Shown piece after piece: positions 1 to 9,543 of a stretch of 32,000 bases of DNA. The translations under genes were made by a program, and so were the position numbers. The notes beneath the pieces were generated by a model, which was not told the origin of the DNA, searched no databases, and was given only the letters and a program-made list of their open reading frames with translations. How positions within the stretch are numbered: the stretch's first letter is position 1; the number at the start of each line of letters is the position of its first letter. The stretch lies in contig NC_017262.1 in NCBI RefSeq assembly GCF_000175255.2, forward strand, positions 1,710,001 to 1,742,000, given 5' to 3'. This DNA comes from Zymomonas mobilis subsp. mobilis ATCC 10988 (GTDB lineage: Bacteria; Pseudomonadota; Alphaproteobacteria; Sphingomonadales; Sphingomonadaceae).

Positions 1-179
1 GGCCTGTTTTTCAAAAAAATGGATTTTTTACGGTAAAACAGCTATATTTTCGCTATAAGTACTTGACCTCCAAGCAATAACCCCCTAGGGAACCACTCCC
101 AGACGGGGAGTTAATCTTCTGTCTTTCAAAACAAGTCATTTTAGATATCCTCCGATATTTAAAATCATGACTTTAGGTT

Positions 180-255
180 GGGTCCGTAGCTCAGTTGGTA
201 GAGCAAGCGACTTTTAATCGAGAGGTCCCGGGTTCGAATCCCGGCGGACCCACCA
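180..255 (+). tRNA. tRNA-Lys (anticodon UUU), 3' CCA encoded
   Basis: 76-nt cloverleaf read by eye. Acceptor GGGTCCG/CGGACCC, D arm GCTC-AGTTGGTA-GAGC, anticodon loop CTTTTAA (anticodon TTT), variable AGGTC, T arm CCGGG-TTCGAAT-CCCGG, discriminator A, then CCA. The anticodon stem has only 3 Watson-Crick pairs (27:43 is A/G, 28:42 is G/A). Confidence 0.9.
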
Positions 256-276
256 CCTCTCTCTTCCTTACAATTT

Positions 277-307
277 AAAAAAAAGACCCTTGCTTCACGC
301 AAGAGCC
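277..307 (-). terminator. Rho-independent terminator downstream of mfd
   Basis: Minus-strand RNA: GGCUCUUGC-gugaa-GCAAGGGUC, a 9-bp stem including 2 G:U pairs, followed by U8 (plus-strand A-run 277-284). It lies about 30 nt after the mfd stop at 336. Confidence 0.7.
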
Positions 308-335
308 TTCTCCTTATCCTAAAAATCTTTTCCCT

Positions 336-3300
336 TTATGACGCAATCGCTACTTTGGCCAAGCCACGGGAAAGCTGCATCAATCCATTCAGGCGGCTTT
401 TAGGGTCAGGCCAGTTGCGCTGAATAACCAGCTTCTGATCGGGTCTTAATTTGGCAGTGCCTTTTAATTTCTGAATATAGGCTAGCAATCCGGTGACATT
501 TGGGAAATTGTCATTATGGAAAGTAATCAGAGCACCCCGCGGCCCGACATCAAGGCGACCGATATGCGCTTGGCGGCAATTCATTTTTACTTCAATCACG
601 GCTAACAGATTTTTGGTCTCGCTGGGCAATGACCCAAAACGGTCGATCATTTCGGCTGCAAATGATTCGATCTCTTCGCGATTCTTGATCTGGTTCATCC
701 GGCGATACAAAGCCATTCTAAGACCCAGATCAGGCACATAGTCTTCAGGAATCAGAATAGGCGCATCAACCGTAATTTGGGGTGAAAATTCTTCATTTTC
801 TTTTTCATCAATCAATCCACCAGATTTGGCGACCAAAATCGCATCTTCCAACATTGATTGATACAATTCAAAACCGACTTCTTTAATATGGCCAGATTGC
901 TCATCCCCCAACAAATTACCCGCACCGCGAATATCAAGATCATGGCTGGCTAATTGGAAACCAGCCCCCAATGAATCCAAAGTTGAAAGGATATGCAGCC
1001 TTTTTTCGGCTGTTTCGCTGATAGAATGGTTAACCGGCGTTGTTAAATAAGCATAGGCGCGGGTCTTAGAGCGTCCAACGCGACCCCTGATCTGGTAAAG
1101 CTGTGACAGGCCAAAACGATCCGCCCGATAGACAATCATCGTATTGGCACTGGGGATGTCCAGACCGGATTCAACAATCGTTGTCGAAAGCAAAACATCA
1201 AATTTTTTGTCATAGAAAGCCGACATCCGGTTTTCGACTTCGGTAGCTGCCATTTGACCATGGGCAATAACAAACCGGATTTCCGGCACCTGTTCCGACA
1301 GGAATTTTTCGAGATCAGCAAGGTCGGAAATTCTTGGAACCACAATAAAGCTCTGGCCGCCGCGATAATGCTCCCGCAACAAGGCTTCACGGATCGCTAC
1401 AGGATCCCAAGGCATGACATAGCTTCTGACAGCCAAGCGGTCGACAGGCGGGGTTTGGATAACTGATAGCTCCCTAAGGCCTGACATCGCCATTTGCAGC
1501 GTCCTTGGGATAGGCGTTGCGGTCAAGGTAAGTTGATGAACATCATTTTTCAGGGCTTTCAGGCGCTCTTTATGGACAACGCCGAAATGCTGTTCTTCAT
1601 CAACAATAACCAAGCCCAGACGGTTGAAATCAATCGTTTTCGATAAAATAGCATGGGTGCCAATAACGATATCAATCGTTCCATCAGCCAAAGCTTCACG
1701 GCAGGCTTTGGCTTCTTTCGCAGGCACCAATCGAGAAAGACGACCAATTTGAAGCGGGAAGCCTTCAAATCTTTCGAGAAAATTGCTGTAATGCTGCCGC
1801 GCCAACAAGGTGGTCGGACAAACCAAGGCAACCTGTAACCCTGACATGGCGGCAACAAAGGCAGCTCGCAAGGCGACTTCTGTTTTACCGAAACCGACAT
1901 CACCACAGATCAGCCGATCCATCGGTTTCCCTTTGGCTAAATCCTCGATGACATCAGAAATGGCATGTTCCTGATCTTCGGTTTCCTGATAAGGAAAACG
2001 ATCAACAAAAACCGGATAGCTGGCCGGATCAGCCAATGCGACAGGGGCTTGTCTTAACGCCCTTTGGGCAGCAGTCGCCATCAACTGACCGGCAATAGCG
2101 CGAATGCGCTCTTTCATTTTGGATTTTCTGGCCTGCCATGCCACGCCGCCCAGCTTGTCTAAAACGGTGCTTTCACTGGCATTGCCATAGCGGCTCAGGG
2201 TGTCGATATTTTCAACCGGCACATAGAGCTTGTCACCGCCTTGATAGCTCAAGGCAACGCAGTCATGCGGCGCATTGCCGACTGGGATCGACACTAACCC
2301 GTCATAGCAACCAATACCGTGATCGCTATGCACCACCAAATCACCGATAGAGAGCGTTGCCAACTCCGCCATAAAGGCATCAGCCGATTTTCGCTTTTTC
2401 GCTCTTCTAACCAGCCTGTCGCCTAAAATATCCTGTTCGCTTAACAGGGCGACATCACCGGCAATAAAACCATGATCGAGCGGCAAGAGCATGACCGCCG
2501 CGCCGGTTACTTGAGATCGGCTGCTATCAGCAGCGGCCAAGGCTTCCTGCCAGCTATCGGCTGCCAGCGTTCTTTTTAAACCGTGATCCTGTAACAGGCC
2601 GGTCAATCTTTCTCGCGACCCTTTGGAATAGCAGGCAATAATAACCCGCTTATTCTGGTTGTTCAGTGCGCCAATATAGTCAACAACCGCTTCATAAATA
2701 TTGCTGCCTTGCTGTCTTTCGGGCGCGAAATCACGCGGCAGAGTTGATTCCAGATCAATAACATCAGGGGCAGGGGGTATATGAAAAGCCGTTATCTGAT
2801 GGGCTTTTGATATTTGAAGGCGCTCTTGCCAAGCTGCATCATCAAGATACAGTAAATCGGGTTTCAACGGACGATAGCTACCGGATTCCTGACTCTGGGG
2901 ATTTTTGCGGTGGCTATAGTAATCTTGAATAGCTTCAAAATGCTGTTCGGCTACTTTCAAGCAGGCTTGGTCATAGAAAACCGCATCTTCTTCGGCGAGA
3001 TGATCCCATAAGGTGACCAGCTTTTCTTCAAATAAAGGTAACCAATGTTCCATTCCTGCCAGCCGCCGTCCTTCTGATACCGCCTGATAAAGCGGATCAG
3101 TGGTTGCCGCCGCGCCAAAGATTTCGCGGTAATGGCTGCGGAAACGCTTGATATTCTCAGCATCCAGCAAGGCTTCTGAAGCGGGTAAAAGATTGAATTT
3201 GTCAATTTCGGCTATGCTGCGCTGCGTTGTTGGATCGAATTGCCGTAGCGTTTCTATCTCGTCACCAAAAAAATCGAGACGCAGGGCATAAGGTAAACCC

Positions 3301-3839
3301 GCTGGCCATAAATCGACCAAGCCACCACGGATAGCATAATCCCCCGACTGACTGACGGTTTCGCTTTGTTGATAGCCATGCGCTCGTAACAGCGTAACCA
3401 GTTTTTCCCGATCCAATCGAACACCGGCGGCCAAGGTCTGGCAAAGCTGTCGTAATCGGAAAGGCGTCAATAACCGCTGCAACGCGGCCTCTACCGTTGT
3501 AATTAGTAATTCCGGCGATTGCGGGCGCGTTTGAAGATGATGTAAAGTCGCTATTCTGGTCGCAGAAAGGGGCAGGGAAGGTGATGCCCGATCATAAGGC
3601 AGACAATCCCAAGCCGGAAAAGAGATAATTTTTAATTCCGGTGCAAAATACCCCGCCGCATCAGCCATGGCGTGCGCTGCCTGTTCATCAGAGGCTATAT
3701 AAACCAACCGACCCGCTTTACTTTTCGCCTGCAAGGCACGGGCAAGGTCAGACAGAATTAAAGGCTTGAAACCATTTTCCACGCCGGACAAGGTCAAGGG
3801 CTGTTCTGCTTTTAATATCTGCGCCGGATTTACAAACAT
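336..3839 (-). CDS. mfd: Transcription-repair coupling factor Mfd
   Basis: 1167-aa ORF. UvrB-homology N-terminus, CarD/RNAP-interaction region, SF2 helicase motifs (GDVGFGKTEVA, VDEEQHFG, TATPIPRT, QLYQIRGRVGRS) and a C-terminal TRCF domain. ATG at 3839 is preceded by AAGGAAG. Confidence 0.97.
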   Translation of the reverse strand: MFVNPAQILKAEQPLTLSGVENGFKPLILSDLARALQAKSKAGRLVYIASDEQAAHAMADAAGYFAPELKIISFPAWDCLPYDRASPSLPLSATRIATLHHLQTRPQSPELLITTVEAALQRLLTPFRLRQLCQTLAAGVRLDREKLVTLLRAHGYQQSETVSQSGDYAIRGGLVDLWPAGLPYALRLDFFGDEIETLRQFDPTTQRSIAEIDKFNLLPASEALLDAENIKRFRSHYREIFGAAATTDPLYQAVSEGRRLAGMEHWLPLFEEKLVTLWDHLAEEDAVFYDQACLKVAEQHFEAIQDYYSHRKNPQSQESGSYRPLKPDLLYLDDAAWQERLQISKAHQITAFHIPPAPDVIDLESTLPRDFAPERQQGSNIYEAVVDYIGALNNQNKRVIIACYSKGSRERLTGLLQDHGLKRTLAADSWQEALAAADSSRSQVTGAAVMLLPLDHGFIAGDVALLSEQDILGDRLVRRAKKRKSADAFMAELATLSIGDLVVHSDHGIGCYDGLVSIPVGNAPHDCVALSYQGGDKLYVPVENIDTLSRYGNASESTVLDKLGGVAWQARKSKMKERIRAIAGQLMATAAQRALRQAPVALADPASYPVFVDRFPYQETEDQEHAISDVIEDLAKGKPMDRLICGDVGFGKTEVALRAAFVAAMSGLQVALVCPTTLLARQHYSNFLERFEGFPLQIGRLSRLVPAKEAKACREALADGTIDIVIGTHAILSKTIDFNRLGLVIVDEEQHFGVVHKERLKALKNDVHQLTLTATPIPRTLQMAMSGLRELSVIQTPPVDRLAVRSYVMPWDPVAIREALLREHYRGGQSFIVVPRISDLADLEKFLSEQVPEIRFVIAHGQMAATEVENRMSAFYDKKFDVLLSTTIVESGLDIPSANTMIVYRADRFGLSQLYQIRGRVGRSKTRAYAYLTTPVNHSISETAEKRLHILSTLDSLGAGFQLASHDLDIRGAGNLLGDEQSGHIKEVGFELYQSMLEDAILVAKSGGLIDEKENEEFSPQITVDAPILIPEDYVPDLGLRMALYRRMNQIKNREEIESFAAEMIDRFGSLPSETKNLLAVIEVKMNCRQAHIGRLDVGPRGALITFHNDNFPNVTGLLAYIQKLKGTAKLRPDQKLVIQRNWPDPKSRLNGLMQLSRGLAKVAIAS

Positions 3840-4046
3840 TATCTTCCTTCAGAATTTGAGACGCTGCCTTGTCAGATGGTCTGCAATGCCGTCTCCTAAA
3901 AGTAAAGACAGCCTTGCGATAATATAACCGCCAGATAAATCCGGCTATCAAGATAAAAGCCAAGCTCGACCTTATTTACGGAGATTACCGGAAAAAATCG
4001 AAACGAAAGAGTTGAACTCTGCTTTTGACCGATTATGCCATAAGCT

Positions 4047-6125
4047 ATGCGCCCAGATATTCTTAATCCGCTGTTTGCCGAAACAGAATCCTTGAAAGGG
4101 GTTGGTTCGGCCTTACTCAAACCTTTAAAAAAGCGTCAGCTGACGCGCCTCAAGGATTTGCTTTTTTATCTGCCCAGTGGACAGATGCGGCGCGTTAAAT
4201 CAGATCAGGTCAATGCCAAAGACGTCGGTGCCACGGTTATTCTGACCCTGACAGCCAAGGAGTATCGCCATCCTTCCGGTCGCGGGCCTTTCCGTATTTT
4301 GGCCGAAGACCCCTTTGGTGGTCAGATTCAGCTTCTATGGTTTGGTAATCACAGCAGTTGGGCAAGAAAACTGATGCCCATCGGAGAAACCCGTTTAGTC
4401 TCTGGTAAGCTCGATATCTATCAAGAGCAATTACAAATTGTCCACCCTTCGGAAATCGTGCCGTTAAGCGAAGAAAACAGCATCCCGCTCGAAGAAACCC
4501 TTTATCCTCTATCGGATGGCCTGACGCATCGTCGTATTGGGCAGCTTATCCGGCAAGCATGGGAAAAATCACCGGATTTACCCGAATGGATTGAACCGAG
4601 CCTACTCAAAAAACATCAATGGCCTTCATGGCGAGAGGCAGTTGAAAGGATACATCAGCATCCCGATGATCGGGCGGCTAAATTAAGAATTGGCTATGAC
4701 GAAATTTTTGCCAATCAGTTGGCTTTAAAACTTATTCGTGCGGCTAACCGGCGGAAACGGGGCTTCCCGTTAAAGGGGGATGGTCATTTACGGGATGCGC
4801 TAAATTTACCTTTTCAGCCAACGGGCGCACAAAGACGTTCCCTTGCCGAAATCGAAGGCGATATGCAGCAAGCCTCTCCGATGCTGCGATTGTTACAAGG
4901 CGATGTCGGCTCGGGTAAAACATGGGTCGCTTTGCATAGCCTGCTGATTGCCGCCGAAGCGGGGTATCAGGGGGCATTACTTGCCCCAACAGAAATTCTT
5001 GCTCGTCAGCATTTTGAGACTTTAAGCCAACAGCTTGCCGGATTGCCGGTGAATATCGCCCTTTTGACTGGGCGAGATAAAGGCAAATTGCGAGAATCCA
5101 CCTTAATGGGATTGGCAGACGGCTCTATTCATCTTCTGGTTGGTACCCATGCCATTTTTCAGGAAAAGGTTAGCTACAAAAATCTGGGTCTCGCTATTAT
5201 TGATGAACAGCATCGTTTCGGGGTCGCCCAACGGATGATGCTGGCTGAAAAGGCCATTCATACCCCGCATTTATTGGTTATGACAGCAACGCCTATTCCA
5301 CGCAGCCTGATGCTGACGGCGCATGGTGAAATGGATGTTAGCCGCCTTGATGAAATGCCCCCTGGTCGTCAGCCGGTCGAAACAAGGGTGATTTCCAGCC
5401 GGAAAATTCCTGAAATAATCGCCTCTCTTGGCCGCCATATCGCCGAAGGGGGGCAATCCTATTGGGTTTGTCCGGCCGTCGGTGAAGCCGATATTGAAGA
5501 AGCGTTTTCTCCAAATGCAATCGCGGCGGCTGAACAACGCTTTTCTTTGCTTCAACAGCATTTCGGGAAAAAAGTCGGGCTAGTGCATGGCAAGATGAAA
5601 CCCGCTGAAAAAGACAAGGTTATGGATGACTTTGCTGCGGGTAAAATTGCGATTCTGGTCGCGACAACCGTGATTGAAGTCGGGGTTAATGTCCCCAATG
5701 CGACCTTGATGATTATCGATCAGGCCGAACGTTTCGGCTTGGCACAGCTCCATCAATTAAGGGGGCGCGTGGGGCGTGGCGGCGGTCGTTCAATTTGTCT
5801 GCTTTTACGGAGCGAAGAACTCACTTCGGTGGCAAGGGAACGTTTGGCTCTTATCCGTGAATGTAACGATGGTTTTCGGCTGGCCGAAGAAGATTTACGA
5901 TTGCGAGGCAGTGGTGAAATCTTGGGAACCAAGCAATCAGGTGAATCTCATTTCCAGATTGCTTCTCCTGAAGACCTCTCTGAATTGCTGCCAATAGCGA
6001 ATGATGATGCCCGATTATTGGTTGATCGTGACGGCGGATTGTCGGGTGAAAGGGGGCAGGCTGCGCGAATAGCCCTCTACCTTTTTGAACGCGATGCTGG
6101 TGTTAGTTTCCTGCGGTCGGGCTGA
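4047..6125 (+). CDS. recG: ATP-dependent DNA helicase RecG
   Basis: 692-aa ORF. N-terminus MRPDILNPLF, wedge/OB region, helicase motifs GDVGSGKT, IDEQHRFG, MTATPIPRS, QLHQLRGRVGRG. Divergent from mfd. Confidence 0.95.
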   Translation: MRPDILNPLFAETESLKGVGSALLKPLKKRQLTRLKDLLFYLPSGQMRRVKSDQVNAKDVGATVILTLTAKEYRHPSGRGPFRILAEDPFGGQIQLLWFGNHSSWARKLMPIGETRLVSGKLDIYQEQLQIVHPSEIVPLSEENSIPLEETLYPLSDGLTHRRIGQLIRQAWEKSPDLPEWIEPSLLKKHQWPSWREAVERIHQHPDDRAAKLRIGYDEIFANQLALKLIRAANRRKRGFPLKGDGHLRDALNLPFQPTGAQRRSLAEIEGDMQQASPMLRLLQGDVGSGKTWVALHSLLIAAEAGYQGALLAPTEILARQHFETLSQQLAGLPVNIALLTGRDKGKLRESTLMGLADGSIHLLVGTHAIFQEKVSYKNLGLAIIDEQHRFGVAQRMMLAEKAIHTPHLLVMTATPIPRSLMLTAHGEMDVSRLDEMPPGRQPVETRVISSRKIPEIIASLGRHIAEGGQSYWVCPAVGEADIEEAFSPNAIAAAEQRFSLLQQHFGKKVGLVHGKMKPAEKDKVMDDFAAGKIAILVATTVIEVGVNVPNATLMIIDQAERFGLAQLHQLRGRVGRGGGRSICLLLRSEELTSVARERLALIRECNDGFRLAEEDLRLRGSGEILGTKQSGESHFQIASPEDLSELLPIANDDARLLVDRDGGLSGERGQAARIALYLFERDAGVSFLRSG

Positions 6126-6135
6126 ATGAAAATCA

Positions 6136-6170
6136 GCGGGGAAATAGGCAAAACCTTACCCTTTCCCCGC
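6136..6170 (-). terminator. Hairpin between convergent recG and tyrS; likely the tyrS terminator
   Basis: Perfect 9-bp arms GCGGGGAAA (6136-6144) and TTTCCCCGC (6162-6170), with extra inner pairing (AGG/CCT). On the minus strand it is followed by UGAUUUUCAU. No U-tract follows it on the plus strand. Confidence 0.5.
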
Positions 6171-6184
6171 GTCATTACAGGCGA

Positions 6185-7414
6185 TTATCCGGCTTGAATA
6201 ACGCCATGCGCCTTTTTACCGGCAGAAATACGGATATTTTCGGCGGTAACCTCAATAACGGCTTTTTCATCCAAGGCTTTTTCGCCATTGATGCGCGCGC
6301 CACCACCGCGAATCATCCGGCGGGCTTCGGCTTTGGAAGCCACCAATCCCAAACCGACCAAAGCATCAACCAAGCTGATCGAAGAGTCTGAAACCTTCAT
6401 CACTGGTAGGGCGTCACCAGCGGCGCCTTCTTCAAAAGTTTTCTTGGCGGTTGCGGCGGCTTCTTCTGCGGCCTTTTCACCATGCGCCAATTTGGTCGCT
6501 TCATTGGCGAGGATTTTCTTGGCCTCGTTAATTTCGCTCCCTTCCAAGGCAGCCAATCTGGCAATTTCATCCAGTGGCAGATCGGTGAATAATTTCAAAA
6601 AGCGTTCAACATCGGCATCATGGGTGTTCCGCCAAAACTGCCAATAATCATAGGGCGAACACATATCGCCATTTAACCAGACAGCACCGCCGACGGTTTT
6701 ACCCATTTTGACCCCATCTGCCGTGGTCATCAGCGGGCTGGTCAATCCAAAGACTTCTTTCCCATCCATCCGTCTGGCAAGCTCGATACCATTGACGATA
6801 TTGCCCCATTGATCGGAACCACCAAGCTGCAAGCAAACGCCAAAACGGCGGGACAATTCGAGGAAATCATAAGCCTGCAAAATCATATAATTGAATTCGA
6901 GGAAACTTAAGGATTGTTCCCGATCGAGTCGTAATTTGACGGAATCAAAGCTCAACATCCGGTTGACCGAGAAATGCTGACCGACATCACGCAGGAAAGG
7001 AATATATTCCAACCGATCAAGCCATTCGGCATTATCGACCATTACCGCATCATTTTCGCCATCACCGAAATGAAGAAAATGCTCAAAAACACGCTTGATA
7101 GAGGCAATATTGGCCTTAATCGTGTCTTCATCCAGCAATTTACGGGCTTCATCCTTAAAAGAAGGATCGCCGATTTTTCCGGTGCCGCCGCCCATCAAAA
7201 CGATTGGTTTATGGCCAGCTTGTTGCAATCGCCGCAACATCATAATCTGCAAAAGACTACCGACATGCAAAGAGGCCGCCGTAGGATCAAAGCCGATATA
7301 GGCGGCAATGACAGATTGCGAAGCCTTCTCATCCAATGATTTTGCATCAGTAATCTGATGGATATACCCTCGCGTTTCCAGTAAACGCAGAAAATCAGAA
7401 CGAAATTGTGTCAT
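6185..7414 (-). CDS. tyrS: Tyrosyl-tRNA synthetase
   Basis: Class I aaRS with a HIGH-like motif (AASLHVGS) and KMSKS-like KMGKT, plus a C-terminal S4-like domain. The ORF-track start at 7453 is a TTG. The ATG at 7414 (MTQFRSDFL...) gives the usual N-terminus (409 aa). Confidence 0.93.
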   Translation of the reverse strand: MTQFRSDFLRLLETRGYIHQITDAKSLDEKASQSVIAAYIGFDPTAASLHVGSLLQIMMLRRLQQAGHKPIVLMGGGTGKIGDPSFKDEARKLLDEDTIKANIASIKRVFEHFLHFGDGENDAVMVDNAEWLDRLEYIPFLRDVGQHFSVNRMLSFDSVKLRLDREQSLSFLEFNYMILQAYDFLELSRRFGVCLQLGGSDQWGNIVNGIELARRMDGKEVFGLTSPLMTTADGVKMGKTVGGAVWLNGDMCSPYDYWQFWRNTHDADVERFLKLFTDLPLDEIARLAALEGSEINEAKKILANEATKLAHGEKAAEEAAATAKKTFEEGAAGDALPVMKVSDSSISLVDALVGLGLVASKAEARRMIRGGGARINGEKALDEKAVIEVTAENIRISAGKKAHGVIQAG

Positions 7415-7579
7415 AATGTGCCTATTAGGAATAATCGCTGTAAAAACAGACAAGCCTCGGGAAATGCAGATTGCTGTTTAGGGGATTTAAGGATTAAAGT
7501 CGAATAAACAGCTTCCTATGGTTTTCAGCTTGTGAAGAAAAGATCAAAGGGCTGGAAAATAGAAATCGGGGGAAATTGG

Positions 7580-8677
7580 ATGCTGGCAATCGGACTTATG
7601 TCCGGCACGTCTTTAGATGGTGTTGATGTCGCCTTGATTGAAACCAATGGCGAAAAACAAGTAAAGCCTTTGAATTTTGCTTCCTATCCTTATTCGGATA
7701 CGGATAAAGCCTGCCTGCGCGAAGCCTGTCGTCGCGCTTTGACGATGGCGGCACCTTGTTTCATCCCCGAAGATGAAGTGATTTATCAGGCCGAACATAT
7801 TGTAACGCTCCGTCATATTCAGGCAGTCAAAGATTTTTTGAAAAAGAATGCGTTAGGTAATCAGGCTATCAAAGTCATCGGCTTCCATGGTCAAACAATT
7901 GCTCATAGGCCGGATTTGGGCTGGACATGGCAAATCGGTGATGGCGCCGCTTTGGCACAGGCGACCAAAATCAGCGTAGTCGATGATTTCCGTTCTCATG
8001 ATGTCCAAGCAGGCGGCGAGGGCGCTCCTTTGCTCCCCATCTATCATTGGGCATTATTTAGCGAAGCCTCTCACCCTTTGGCGGTGCTTAATCTTGGCGG
8101 GATTGCGAATATTACTTGGATTGGGGCGGATGAAAACGACCTCATTGCTTGCGATACAGGCCCCGCTAACGGAATGATTGATGATTGGGTCAAGGCCAAA
8201 ACTGGCCTCGATTATGATGAATCCGGTCTTATTGCGAGCAAAGGCGTTGTCCATCACGATCTGGTCGATGCGATGATGAGCCAGAAATTCTTTTCGCAAT
8301 TACCACCGAAATCATTGGATAGAAGCGATTTTTCAATCGAGGCGGTCGCCAATCTCTCGATCGAGGATGGTGCTGCAACGCTGACCGCTTTTACTGCTGA
8401 ATCGGTTGCCCGATCGCTGTCTTTCTTTCCTGAAAGACCTTCAAAGATTATTGTGGCCGGTGGTGGTCGTCATAATGTGACGATGATGAAAATGCTGCAT
8501 GACAGTTTGAAAATGCCTGTCCAGCCAATTGAAGATTTCCATTTAAATGGTGATGCGACTGAGGCCGAAGGCTTTGCCTATCTCGCGGTCAGACGGGTAT
8601 TTAACAAGCCTATCAGCTTCCCTAAAACAACAGGGGTGCCGCATCCTATGACGGGTGGCCGTATCCATTATATCTGA
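7580..8677 (+). CDS. anmK: Anhydro-N-acetylmuramic acid kinase
   Basis: N-terminal GLMSGTSLDGVD motif and overall AnmK-like sequence. The ORF-track start at 7532 is GTG. The ATG at 7580 is preceded by GGGGGA and gives MLAIGLMSGTS (365 aa). Divergent from tyrS. Confidence 0.9.
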   Translation: MLAIGLMSGTSLDGVDVALIETNGEKQVKPLNFASYPYSDTDKACLREACRRALTMAAPCFIPEDEVIYQAEHIVTLRHIQAVKDFLKKNALGNQAIKVIGFHGQTIAHRPDLGWTWQIGDGAALAQATKISVVDDFRSHDVQAGGEGAPLLPIYHWALFSEASHPLAVLNLGGIANITWIGADENDLIACDTGPANGMIDDWVKAKTGLDYDESGLIASKGVVHHDLVDAMMSQKFFSQLPPKSLDRSDFSIEAVANLSIEDGAATLTAFTAESVARSLSFFPERPSKIIVAGGGRHNVTMMKMLHDSLKMPVQPIEDFHLNGDATEAEGFAYLAVRRVFNKPISFPKTTGVPHPMTGGRIHYI

Positions 8678-8750
8678 TATTTGAAGATTATTGCTGCCCC
8701 GATAATATCAACTGTCCGGCGGCTGATGCCACCGGATAGTCTCTATTCGG

Positions 8751-9425
8751 TTATTTATGCTTCTTCTTGTCGTTAGTCAGTTTGACCTCAACATCCTCAC
8801 CGGAATGGCCGGGGAAATTGACAAACATTGCCTGAATTAAATCAGGAACCAACTGGGTCATGTTGTCGGTTGTAACCTGCGCTCTGGCACGGCCTTCAAA
8901 AACGCGCTGACCATCATTGCTGCGGTCAATCTCCATCTTAAAGAAGGTCGTATAAAGGGTGTAGCTATAGACGTCGGTGCCGCCACCCCAGCCACCGCCC
9001 CAACCGCCGTAGCCCCAGCCACCCCAGCCGCCGCCCCAGCCGCCATAGCCACCCCATCCACCCCAAGGGCCGCCCCAGCCGCCCCAAGGACCACCCCAGC
9101 CACCATAGCCATAAGAGGTGGAGGCTACTTTTTGCTGGCCGTTATCAATACCGTAATCCAGCTTGACGATCAGGGTGCTAGGCGCGCCGGGGGCTGCGGG
9201 TTGATAGCCTTGCTGCCATAATTGATGGGCGACAATATCGGCGTAATGCTCAAACTCCAATCCGCCTTTATCTTGGGGATTGGAGGCCTGAATAACAAAA
9301 CTCTGTCCGGCAGGGGGCGGCATCATCTGAAAGCGGGTTACATTCGCTCTGAAAGGCGATTCACAGGCAGATAAAGATAGAAAAGCCAAAGATGCGATGG
9401 CTATTTTTAATGTTATAGGACGCAT
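8751..9425 (-). CDS. Lipoprotein, DUF4136-like by memory, with an internal Gly/Trp-rich repeat
   Basis: 224-aa ORF. Signal peptide with lipobox (LSLSAC, Cys21) and SD GAAGAGGGA upstream of the ATG. The flanks resemble DUF4136-type lipoproteins; this is from recollection and not searched. Residues 105-149 are a G/W/Y/P repeat. Confidence 0.8.
   Translation of the reverse strand: MRPITLKIAIASLAFLSLSACESPFRANVTRFQMMPPPAGQSFVIQASNPQDKGGLEFEHYADIVAHQLWQQGYQPAAPGAPSTLIVKLDYGIDNGQQKVASTSYGYGGWGGPWGGWGGPWGGWGGYGGWGGGWGGWGYGGWGGGWGGGTDVYSYTLYTTFFKMEIDRSNDGQRVFEGRARAQVTTDNMTQLVPDLIQAMFVNFPGHSGEDVEVKLTNDKKKHK
8979..9113 (-). repeat. Coding low-complexity repeat (GGW/GGPW/GGY units)
   Basis: Encodes YGYGGWGGPWGGWGGPWGGWGGYGGWGGGWGGWGYGGWGGGWGGG, with 10 Trp in 45 residues. 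The plus-strand DNA is reiterated ccacc/ccagcc units and is locally far more GC-rich than its surroundings. Confidence 0.9.
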
Positions 9426-9543
9426 GTCCGTATCCCTCTTCCCGTTAAAACCCTGCCGGAGCCACTTTATAGAAAAGTTATATATAACAAAATATGTTAT
9501 AATAAAATTTGTCTATCGAGAGTGAACCCAAGATGAATGTCTT

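Noticed and set aside
180-335. tRNA-Lys as an integration site for a genomic island
   Set aside because: The tRNA is followed within about 25 nt by the mfd terminator and then by core genes. I saw no integrase, no partial duplication of the tRNA 3' end, and no compositional break.
8858-9112. 84-aa Ala/Gly/Val-rich ORF overlapping the lipoprotein repeat
   Set aside because: It is an alternative reading frame of the GC-rich GGW-repeat DNA. The lipoprotein frame has a signal peptide, a lipobox and an SD.
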